The notes beneath the pieces were generated by a model. The model did not search any database and had not been told where the DNA came from. It worked only from the letters and a program-made list of their open reading frames with translations. Below, one piece after another: positions 37,842-45,624 of a stretch of DNA of 64,000 bases. The number at the start of each line of letters is the position of its first letter. Positions within the stretch are counted from its first letter, which is position 1. Both the position numbers and the translations under genes were made by a program. Source of the DNA: a virus. The DNA lies in the IMG/VR virus record IMGVR_UViG_3300016484_000735, positions 14,418 to 78,417 of that record; one strand, given 5' to 3'.

Positions 37842-37873
37842 GAAGAGGCAACCTAGAAATAGGTTGCCTCTTC
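37842..37873 (+). terminator. 14-bp stem with GAAA loop after capsid gene
   Basis: gaagaggcaaccta-gaaa-taggttgcctcttc. Confidence 0.8.
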
Positions 37874-37899
37874 TGCTTTCTACGTGGTATAGTTCGTGT

Positions 37900-38181
37900 A
37901 TGACTACCACACAGTTCGACGCAAAGCGTAACGAAGCCAAGGCTCTGATGGAGGCCGTGGGCCTCACCGACATCTCGTTCCCAGGCATCGACAAGTTCGG
38001 CAAGGCCCTTGTGACGTTCACCCACACCGAGTGCGGGACTACACAGACTTGGCAGTTGGGCAACGTCAAGAAGCGCCTGAAGGCCGATGCGAATACTGCG
38101 CCGTGTTCTCACTGCGGGGCGAAGCGGCGCACAATGAACGCCACCCTGAAGTCAGCGGAAGTTCGTGGCAAAAAGGCTTGA
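37900..38181 (+). CDS. Zinc-ribbon protein (H..CG...C..C), probably leaderless
   Basis: TGTGG/TATAGT 37888-37893 six nt before ATG; TFTHTECGTTQTW...PCSHC. Confidence 0.7.
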   Translation: MTTTQFDAKRNEAKALMEAVGLTDISFPGIDKFGKALVTFTHTECGTTQTWQLGNVKKRLKADANTAPCSHCGAKRRTMNATLKSAEVRGKKA

Positions 38182-38773
38182 GCTGACCTGTGTCGACTGT
38201 GGCCTCAAGAGGTTCTCCTTCGGGCGACACGAACGTTGTAACCCGTGTGCGACGCTGAAGAAGTACAAGACGCTCCGTGATGAGCGTGAGGCTTTACTGA
38301 ACACGATGTACATCGGTGTTTCAAGAAGCGAGCCGACCCACTACGGCAAAACTGCCTGGACATTCACACACGTCGAGTGCGGCACCACACAAACCTGGTC
38401 CGACAGCAATCTGACAAAGCAGCTAGATCTTCGTCCCAACAGCACCCCGTGTAAGAAGTGTGGAGCCAAAGAACGAACAGACATCGCAAGAGCTGCGTTC
38501 GTAGCGAAATACGGTCTTGATCCGGCTCGGATCGACGAGTGGGAGATCTACCTGAAGACAACTAGGCGACTGACTGAGAAGAACTACCACCTTCACAAGG
38601 CGACGATCAACCCACTGAACCTTGATCGAGGGATGGATACCTATCACCTCGACCACAAGTTCCCGATCATCGAAGGGTTCCTTCAAGGTCATCCACCAGA
38701 GTTCATCGCTCGACCTGAGAACCTTCAGATGCTGACAGCAACGGCGAACCTATCTAAGGGACGAACAACTTGA
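38165..38773 (+). CDS. HNH endonuclease with N-terminal zinc ribbons (homing-endonuclease-like)
   Basis: TFTHVECGTTQTW...PCKKC; C-terminal YHLDHKFP...NLQMLTATANLSKG. Confidence 0.7.
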   Translation: MAKRLELTCVDCGLKRFSFGRHERCNPCATLKKYKTLRDEREALLNTMYIGVSRSEPTHYGKTAWTFTHVECGTTQTWSDSNLTKQLDLRPNSTPCKKCGAKERTDIARAAFVAKYGLDPARIDEWEIYLKTTRRLTEKNYHLHKATINPLNLDRGMDTYHLDHKFPIIEGFLQGHPPEFIARPENLQMLTATANLSKGRTT

Positions 38774-39033
38774 ACAACGACTTCATTCAATCTTCGAAAC
38801 TGTACGGCACCGCTCCGAAGGACATGATGGGACGAGAGTTCCGTGTCGGCGATCGTGCGGTTCGGGCACGCGTCGGTCTGAACACCATCGAGATCGTTCA
38901 GATCACTGAGATCCGTGACGGCAAGGTGTACTGTGCTGAGTCGAAGGTCCCGCTGAACTACCCCGGTCGCCTGCTGATCGTGAACGAAACGATCGACGCG
39001 AACCCGAATTCAGGATGGAGCAGCATCGCCTGA
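38770..39033 (+). CDS. Hypothetical protein (DMMGREFRVGD SH3-like)
   Basis: Overlapping operonic ORF. Confidence 0.6.
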   Translation: MNNDFIQSSKLYGTAPKDMMGREFRVGDRAVRARVGLNTIEIVQITEIRDGKVYCAESKVPLNYPGRLLIVNETIDANPNSGWSSIA

Positions 39034-39074
39034 TGTTACAATGTCATTCTGGCCTCATCAACCAAGGAGCCAAG

Positions 39075-39518
39075 ATGACTTTGAAGAACCCTGACCTGAT
39101 CCAAGACATCGCCGACATGCACGCGAAGTTCGGCGTGAACCCAGTGATCCGTGGCCTCGACCCGGAGAAGCTGAAGATGTTCCTGAAGTTCCGCATCGAC
39201 TTCCTGAACGAAGAGTACACCGAGCTCGTCGATGAGTTCGAGGGGAACCTCGGCCACAGCGCCACGAAGCGTGCTGACAACACCGTCGATGCGCTGATCG
39301 ATCTGATCGTGGTCGCGATCGGCACGCTGGACGCGATGGACGTGGACATCGGTGAAGCCTGGAACCGTGTGCACACTGCGAACATGGCGAAGGATCCGGG
39401 TGTGAACCCGAAGCGTCCGAACCCGCTGGGCCTGCCAGACATGATCAAGCCGGAAGGCTGGACCGCGCCGACGCACGCCGACAACGTCGGTCTGATCGCG
39501 AAGGTCTTCGTCGACTAA
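39075..39518 (+). CDS. MazG/PRA-PH-like nucleoside triphosphate pyrophosphohydrolase
   Basis: FL.EEY.EL, VDALIDLIVVAIG, RVH.ANM.K, KP.GW.AP; AAGGAG RBS. Confidence 0.8.
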   Translation: MTLKNPDLIQDIADMHAKFGVNPVIRGLDPEKLKMFLKFRIDFLNEEYTELVDEFEGNLGHSATKRADNTVDALIDLIVVAIGTLDAMDVDIGEAWNRVHTANMAKDPGVNPKRPNPLGLPDMIKPEGWTAPTHADNVGLIAKVFVD

Positions 39519-39566
39519 GCGAATCCCTGCGAGTCATAAATACCTGATCGAACAATCAGGTACGTT

Positions 39567-40445
39567 ATGGCTCGCACATACTCAATCGCACAGGTCCAAC
39601 AGTCCGGCGCCGCTGGCGTGCCGGGCCGCATCATTCTGGATGCCTCAGCCGGTGACCTCGTCTCCTCGTTTCAAGGGAAGTTCTATCGTAACGAAGCCGG
39701 CGCGACGCTTCCGTTCAACACCGCGCTGTCGACGACCGGGTACACGCTGATTCAGGCGACGACGTTCACCGTAATCGGGAACACATCGTACAACGGCACG
39801 TACACCGTGTACACCGCCGCAACATCGATCGACCTGAACCCGTCGTCGGAGTTCAATGGCACCCAGACCGAGATCCTGGTGAACGAGCTGATCTCGGCTC
39901 CGTCAGTCGTGGGTGATGATGTTGGCGTCGGTTCGGTCACGAATATCTCCACGTACCTGCTGAAGATCACTGGTGAGAGCGATCTCCTCGTTCCACCGGC
40001 GGTGACGTTCACGAACCGCCCGATGGACGTGATCGGGCGGAACGGTTCGCCATGGGGTGAGTCGTTCATGCAGAACTTTCTCGAGCTCGCTCAGAACTCG
40101 GCTGGTACTGCTGCTCCGGTGAACCCGTACCTTGGGCAAACCTGGTACGACAACGGCACGAACGCACTGAAGCTGAACAGCACTGCTGGCTGGGTCACGA
40201 TCGCCTCTGGTGTGCCGAACTCGAACACCACGTACCGCTCGGCTGTTCAGACCGGGAATTCGTGGGTGATCAACCACAACATGGGGCTGCCGGCTCCGTA
40301 CGTGGCTCTGATCCAAGTGTTCGTGGATGTTGGCGGCGGTTCGTACAAGATGATCATCCCAAGCGACATCACGTTCGTCTCTGCGAACCAGACCGTGATC
40401 ACGTTCACTTCCTCCGTCACGGGGATCGTCCTGATGCGAATGTAA
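39567..40445 (+). CDS. Virion structural protein (fibre/baseplate-associated)
   Basis: Late promoter 39537-39542; WGE..MQNFL.L..N, P..PYLGQTWYD, W.INHN.G motifs. Confidence 0.65.
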   Translation: MARTYSIAQVQQSGAAGVPGRIILDASAGDLVSSFQGKFYRNEAGATLPFNTALSTTGYTLIQATTFTVIGNTSYNGTYTVYTAATSIDLNPSSEFNGTQTEILVNELISAPSVVGDDVGVGSVTNISTYLLKITGESDLLVPPAVTFTNRPMDVIGRNGSPWGESFMQNFLELAQNSAGTAAPVNPYLGQTWYDNGTNALKLNSTAGWVTIASGVPNSNTTYRSAVQTGNSWVINHNMGLPAPYVALIQVFVDVGGGSYKMIIPSDITFVSANQTVITFTSSVTGIVLMRM

Positions 40446-40509
40446 CGAAGAACCGTTCGTTACACTTTAGCTGTTTACAGTCGCCTAGGTTGTGGTATAG
40501 TACAACCTA
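40441..40509 (+). promoter_or_regulatory. Early-type promoter with TGTAACGAA-N6-TTCGTTACA repeat, TTTACA -35 and TGTGG-TATAGT -10
   Basis: Same inverted repeat as the early cassettes; ATG 7 nt after -10. Confidence 0.75.
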
Positions 40510-41711
40510 TGCGTACACTTGTCTGGATCACGAATTCGTTCCGCCTGGACTCTCGTCTCACGGCGGCCCTCCATGGTGAAGTCACGTTCGTGTACTACTC
40601 GCCGTACTACTTCGCCGGCGAACGCGAACGAGCGATGTACAAGCGCTGCTCGCAAGCGAACCTCGATGCGTTCTACGAATCGCTGCACGCCTTCGACTTC
40701 GAGCTTCAAGCCGAGCACGACTGCCGTCTGCACGTGTTCAAGGAAGCTGATCCCGTCTCGCACCTGAACAAGCTGATCGACGAGCACAAGTACGATGAGG
40801 TGATCATCGACATGCCGCTGTTCGGTCTGTGGCACAACGTCCCGTTCCAGGACATCAAGGCCAAGGTCAGTGTGATCGACTCGGCACTGGTCGACGACGA
40901 ATGCCTGAAGCTCACGGCGAAGTCGCGCTGGATGTCGCACGTGAAGCAGCTCGACTCGTTCAAGCCGTTCAAGTTCTCGAAGACCGTCACGCCGTACAAC
41001 CTGCCGTCGACCGGCTGCACGTACCCGAAGCCGACCGTGAACCCGTTGCTCGACCGTGAGTCGGCGATGAAGCGTGCCCGCAAGATGGCGCCGCGGTACC
41101 ACGTCACTCGTGATCGCCACGACGGCCAGACGCAGCTCTCCACGATCCTGCACAACGGTCGCCTCGATCCGCGCACGGTGTTCTTCACCCTGGCGAAGGA
41201 CTTCAAGGCTGCAGGCGAGGACCTCACCGTGAACGAAGGCCCGGCTGCCGGGATGCTGCGACAGCTCGCGTTCCGCGAGATCTCGATCATCCGCGCTCGT
41301 CGCGTTCAGCTCACCCTCGAGGACGACCCTCTGACCTGGGCGAAGGCTCTGATGCCGACCGCATCGTACGAGAACCTGATCACTCAGAAGCCCGGCGGCA
41401 CCCTCACGTTCGACAAGATCAAGGCCGGGAACACCGGTGTTCATGCCCTCGACGTTCTGCTGAAGCCGTTCCTGAAGACCGGCATCATGCCGAACCGGGC
41501 GCGGATGCTGTTCGCTTCGCTCGTGTTCTACAACTCGCCGACCGGCATCGATGCGCTGAACATCCTGATCGACACGTTCGACCTGATCGGTCTCGACGGC
41601 CAAAGCCCGAACAACTACACGCAGTGCCTCGGTGCTCTGGAACTCAGCTACGGCAAGGTTCTGCAGATGAACATCGACACGGCGTTCAAGAAGCTGTACG
41701 ACAAGGCCTGA
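40509..41711 (+). CDS. Divergent photolyase/cryptochrome-family protein
   Basis: LVWITNSFRL (cf. WFRRDLRL), TQLS..LHNG.L.PR, RQL.FRE, G.TG...D, TG.M.NR.RM..AS, D...NN. Confidence 0.75.
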   Translation: MRTLVWITNSFRLDSRLTAALHGEVTFVYYSPYYFAGERERAMYKRCSQANLDAFYESLHAFDFELQAEHDCRLHVFKEADPVSHLNKLIDEHKYDEVIIDMPLFGLWHNVPFQDIKAKVSVIDSALVDDECLKLTAKSRWMSHVKQLDSFKPFKFSKTVTPYNLPSTGCTYPKPTVNPLLDRESAMKRARKMAPRYHVTRDRHDGQTQLSTILHNGRLDPRTVFFTLAKDFKAAGEDLTVNEGPAAGMLRQLAFREISIIRARRVQLTLEDDPLTWAKALMPTASYENLITQKPGGTLTFDKIKAGNTGVHALDVLLKPFLKTGIMPNRARMLFASLVFYNSPTGIDALNILIDTFDLIGLDGQSPNNYTQCLGALELSYGKVLQMNIDTAFKKLYDKA

Positions 41712-41760
41712 ACCTGCATCTCGCGAACCTGTCGATCCTCTCTCAAGATACAATCGCTGT

Positions 41761-42438
41761 ATGAACATCTTCGTTCTCTCTCAAGACCCTCGCGAAGCGG
41801 CTCGGATGCATCTCGATAAGCATGTCGTGAAGATGATCATCGAGTACGCCCAGCTTCTGTCGACGGCGCACCGCCTGCTCGATGGTCGCTTCGAGGTTCA
41901 TCAAGGGCCGAACACGAAGCCGAAGAAATTCTGGCTGCTCGAGGGCGAAAGCGTTCGCGAGGAACAGACCATCGTGATGGTGCAGTCGGATGTCACCGAG
42001 TTCCTCGTCGAACAAGCCGTGTACAAGCTCGTGGTTCAGAATCCGCAGTGCTACTCGCTGTCGCACCAGAACCACCCGTGTGCCGTCTGGGCTCGCGAGT
42101 CCGACACGAACTACCGCTGGCTGTACTCGCTGTTCGAAGCGACCTCGCTCGAGTACACGCACCGATACGGCAAGACCCACAAGACATGGGCCGACCTGAA
42201 GGACTTCCTCCGGAACCCGCCGAAGAACATCGCTGCCGGCGATCTCACGACGTTCCCACAAGCGATGGGCGACGAATTCAAGGTGACCAATGATCCAGTC
42301 GCTGCGTACCGCAATTACTACCTGGGCCCGAAGGCTGAGTTCGCCCGCTGGACGAACCGTGCAGTCCCAACCTGGTTCTCCACCTCGTACAAGGATTACG
42401 ATGCATCCGCTTTCTCAAGAACGACTGCTCTGGGTTGA
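41761..42438 (+). CDS. Pyrimidine-dimer DNA glycosylase / endonuclease V family
   Basis: MNIFVL...DKHVVKM..E.AQLLST, H.NHPCAVWARES..NY.WL, AYR.YY. Confidence 0.78.
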   Translation: MNIFVLSQDPREAARMHLDKHVVKMIIEYAQLLSTAHRLLDGRFEVHQGPNTKPKKFWLLEGESVREEQTIVMVQSDVTEFLVEQAVYKLVVQNPQCYSLSHQNHPCAVWARESDTNYRWLYSLFEATSLEYTHRYGKTHKTWADLKDFLRNPPKNIAAGDLTTFPQAMGDEFKVTNDPVAAYRNYYLGPKAEFARWTNRAVPTWFSTSYKDYDASAFSRTTALG

Positions 42439-42670
42439 GGCCCGGATCTTCACGCTGGGCCGCATGATCCAGGAGCTCACGCTGCGCCAGACTCGGTACC
42501 AGCAAAACCAGCGGTACGGTCGCTTGCACCCGCACGTGATGGACACGATGCTGGCTGAACAACTCCAGCTGAACATCGAACGGAACGTGATCGAGGAGTA
42601 CCTCGAGGCCGAGCGTGAAGCGAAGGTCGCACGTGCGCAAGCGCTGCTTGATGCTGGGGATCACAACTGA
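42401..42670 (+). CDS. Hypothetical protein (MHPLSQERLL...)
   Basis: AAGGA RBS before ATG 42401. Confidence 0.6.
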   Translation: MHPLSQERLLWVEARIFTLGRMIQELTLRQTRYQQNQRYGRLHPHVMDTMLAEQLQLNIERNVIEEYLEAEREAKVARAQALLDAGDHN

Positions 42671-43257
42671 TGGGAGCGAACCTCACGAAGATCTTCGTCG
42701 TCGACATCGAAGCGACCTGCTGGCGGACGCCTGAAGAGCAGGGCGACCTGCCGAACGAGGTGATCGAGATCGGGATCTGCGAGCTGCGAACGAAGTCTCG
42801 TGAGATCGTGAACAAGCGTTCGTTCGTCGTTCGTCCCGAGGTCACGCGGGTGAACGAGTTCTGCACTGAGCTCACTGGCTGGACGCAGGATCAGATCGAC
42901 GCACAAGGGAAGCCGATCGCTGATGTTCTGTTGGACATCGAGCGAGAGATGGGTACCTCGCGTCACCATGTGTGGTGCTCATTCGGCGAGTACGATCGGG
43001 TGAAGCTCTCTTCCGATCCGTACGAAAAGGGAGGGTTGTATTCGCTGTATGGTATCGAGCGGGCACGGAACCCGTTCGCCTACATGCGAGCTCACTACAA
43101 CATCAAGACGCTAATGGCGTTCAAGGAAAGGTTGCCGAAAGAGCTCGGCATGGCGAGGGCATTGCAGTTCTATGGACTCGAACTTCTTGGCAGGCACCAC
43201 AACGGCGCGGACGATGCTTTCAACATCGCTCGTATTGCTGATCGCGTTCTCTCATAA
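42670..43257 (+). CDS. DEDDh 3'-5' exonuclease (ERI-1/KapD-like)
   Basis: VVDIEATCW, EVIEIG, FCTELTG, GEYD, GRHHNGADDA.NIA. Confidence 0.88.
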   Translation: MGANLTKIFVVDIEATCWRTPEEQGDLPNEVIEIGICELRTKSREIVNKRSFVVRPEVTRVNEFCTELTGWTQDQIDAQGKPIADVLLDIEREMGTSRHHVWCSFGEYDRVKLSSDPYEKGGLYSLYGIERARNPFAYMRAHYNIKTLMAFKERLPKELGMARALQFYGLELLGRHHNGADDAFNIARIADRVLS

Positions 43258-43477
43258 CGCTTTCGCCGAGCCGATCGACGAATACCGCTCGTGCATGATC
43301 TTGGGGCACGCCGCGACGAAAAGCATTGAGCCAACTCGTGTCGGGGTCGCTATGCACGTCATGGCGCTTGACGCGAAGTGTTCGAAGCCTCACACTAGAA
43401 CCGAAGCTTTCGAAATCGAACGAAAGAAGTTCAAGCTTGCGTTCTTGGCGAAGTGCCAAGCTGAAGCGCTGCTTTAG
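43214..43477 (+). CDS. Small exported Cys-containing protein
   Basis: Signal-like MLSTSLVLLIAFSHNAFA; three Cys. Confidence 0.5.
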   Translation: MLSTSLVLLIAFSHNAFAEPIDEYRSCMILGHAATKSIEPTRVGVAMHVMALDAKCSKPHTRTEAFEIERKKFKLAFLAKCQAEALL

Positions 43478-43689
43478 AACCCGTACCCGTTGTCGTCATC
43501 GTCAACATCCTTCGGGAGAGGGATCTTGAACGAAGCTCCTGGGCGCGGCAGAACACCGCCGTTCATCTCGTTGAACTTCTCTCGCAGCTCTTGAAGTTGC
43601 GGTGGCGAAAGGCTGTACACGCCGTGCATCTTGATCACAGCGTCAATCGTTTCGCCTGGACGGAAGCAGTGTAGAACGTATCTGGTCAT
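43474..43689 (-). CDS. Small LysM-like protein
   Basis: H.F.PGETIDAVIK...MNG..LP.PG..FKIP. Confidence 0.55.
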   Translation of the reverse strand: MTRYVLHCFRPGETIDAVIKMHGVYSLSPPQLQELREKFNEMNGGVLPRPGASFKIPLPKDVDDDDNGYGF

Positions 43690-43742
43690 ACGGATATGTA
43701 TCGGTAGGGTCGTAAATAGGAGAACACTCCTAGGATCCTGCA

Positions 43743-45623
43743 ATGAGCTCTTCAGATCTTTCGTCGAAGACAACCCACGACCTGTGGGTCGAATCTCGCC
43801 AGCTCACCCTGTCGATTGCTCGGGGCACGCCCGGAACGATTCAGCTCACCGTTTCGTACCCAACGACCACAACGGTCATCGATGGGCTTCTGATCACCCT
43901 GCACGACAAGGTGATCACCGCCTCACATTACCCGACTGACGGCACGAAGTACATTGCTTCTACCGATTACTCGTCGCCGGCATCTCGCATCGAAGGTGCC
44001 GACGGCGCAGTAGTTGTCGGGTTCTACTCGAACATCCTGAACCAGACGATCCCATCGGGCACTCTGAGCACCGATGGGACGATGTCTTCGTTCACGATCA
44101 CAGTCACCGGCACTGACGACAGCGTCGTGTACTATGCTTCGGTTCACGGGGTCTCGAACGTCCTTCAGTACTACCCGATCGGCGTGCAGTCATACCCGCT
44201 TGAAGGTGCTCGGGCGGAGAAGGGTGTCTCTGCATTCACTGGCTCGATCCCATCGTTCCCGTCTGCCCCAACCGACCCGACGGTCGGGATGGTGTACAAC
44301 GACGAGCAGATCGATGCCGTGATGTACTGGACCGGGAGCGCTTGGATCCCGACTCGTGCTGATTCGATCGCGTCTGGCGCTACGAACCCAGGCACTCAAG
44401 GGCAGGCGTACGTGAAGAACGCCGGCGGTCTCTGGGTGTTCAGCGGTTCGAAGTGGATGCAGGCTTCAGCCACGACCCTTCAGGTGAAGGTGCCTGGTCC
44501 AGCTTGGGTTCCGTTCGTGAAGATCTCTGCGAACACGAAGCTCCCGGCTGCACCGGCGGCGGGTGAGTTCGCGTGGGATTACACTCAAGAACGCCTGCAG
44601 TACTTCGACGGCACAGCCTGGCAGTTCCCAACAGCCTCGAACACCTTGTTCGATGCCGGCGCTGGCCCGTTCCCAGCGTTCGTGAAGCCTGTGACGTACG
44701 AATTCGACGCACTGCCAGATCCATACGTCGGGCAGTTGTTCTACAACACGACGTCGAAGCTCCTGAATGTCTGGACTGGCGTTGAGTGGGTCCAAGCGAA
44801 CACCGATCAAGAAGGCACTCCGTCTACAGACAAGATCGCCATCGGGAACGACGGGTCATACGATGAACGCGTTCGTCTGATCACTGTGCTGAAGAACCAA
44901 CTCGGCTGGCCAGTGCAGTGTGTTGAGCTCACGGAAGAACAATTCAACGTTGCCGTCGATAACGCACTCGACAACTTCCGGATGTGGACTGATCAGGCGT
45001 ACTCGCATCGGTTCATCATGTTCCAACTGAACCCGAATCAGCAGACGTACTACCTGAACTCGCCGACGAACGGCACTACCAAGGTCGTCGACGTGTTGAA
45101 GGTTCATCGCTTGAACATCCTCGGCATCGAACAGGCTGTCGGCCAAGATGCGATCTGGTCGTCTGGTATCCTGACCTCGTACTACTCGGCGGCTACGGTT
45201 GATGTGCTCTCGCTGCACCTGCTCTCGAGCCTCTCTAAAGACTTCACCCGCGTGTTCGCCGGTGACTTCACGTTCCTCTGGGATGAACCGACACGTGAGC
45301 TGATGCTGACACGTAAGGTCACTCGGTCCGAGAAGGTGATCCTCGAAGTCTCGATGGAGAAGACTGAACAAGAGCTCATGGTCGATCGGTGGTCGAAGCA
45401 GTTCATTCAGAACTGGGCACTGGCTGAGTGCAAGGAGATGCTCGGTCTGATTCGTTCGAAGTTCAGCTCCGGCACACCAGGCGCAGCTGGCACGATCTCG
45501 TTGAATGGTGAGATGCTGATCTCCGAGGCTCGTCAAGACATGGCAGAGCTGAAGCAATCGGTGCTTGACTACGAGTGGGGCGGTCACAACAACTGGGGCA
45601 ACGTCTCCTTCCTGATCGGTTGA
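43743..45623 (+). CDS. gp13: Neck protein gp13-like with long N-terminal extension
   Basis: C-terminal LGWPVQCVELTEEQF..AVDNAL..F, W...WALAECKEMLGLIRSKF, LNGE.L..EA; late promoter 43713-43718. Confidence 0.8.
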   Translation: MSSSDLSSKTTHDLWVESRQLTLSIARGTPGTIQLTVSYPTTTTVIDGLLITLHDKVITASHYPTDGTKYIASTDYSSPASRIEGADGAVVVGFYSNILNQTIPSGTLSTDGTMSSFTITVTGTDDSVVYYASVHGVSNVLQYYPIGVQSYPLEGARAEKGVSAFTGSIPSFPSAPTDPTVGMVYNDEQIDAVMYWTGSAWIPTRADSIASGATNPGTQGQAYVKNAGGLWVFSGSKWMQASATTLQVKVPGPAWVPFVKISANTKLPAAPAAGEFAWDYTQERLQYFDGTAWQFPTASNTLFDAGAGPFPAFVKPVTYEFDALPDPYVGQLFYNTTSKLLNVWTGVEWVQANTDQEGTPSTDKIAIGNDGSYDERVRLITVLKNQLGWPVQCVELTEEQFNVAVDNALDNFRMWTDQAYSHRFIMFQLNPNQQTYYLNSPTNGTTKVVDVLKVHRLNILGIEQAVGQDAIWSSGILTSYYSAATVDVLSLHLLSSLSKDFTRVFAGDFTFLWDEPTRELMLTRKVTRSEKVILEVSMEKTEQELMVDRWSKQFIQNWALAECKEMLGLIRSKFSSGTPGAAGTISLNGEMLISEARQDMAELKQSVLDYEWGGHNNWGNVSFLIG

Positions 45624-45624
45624 T

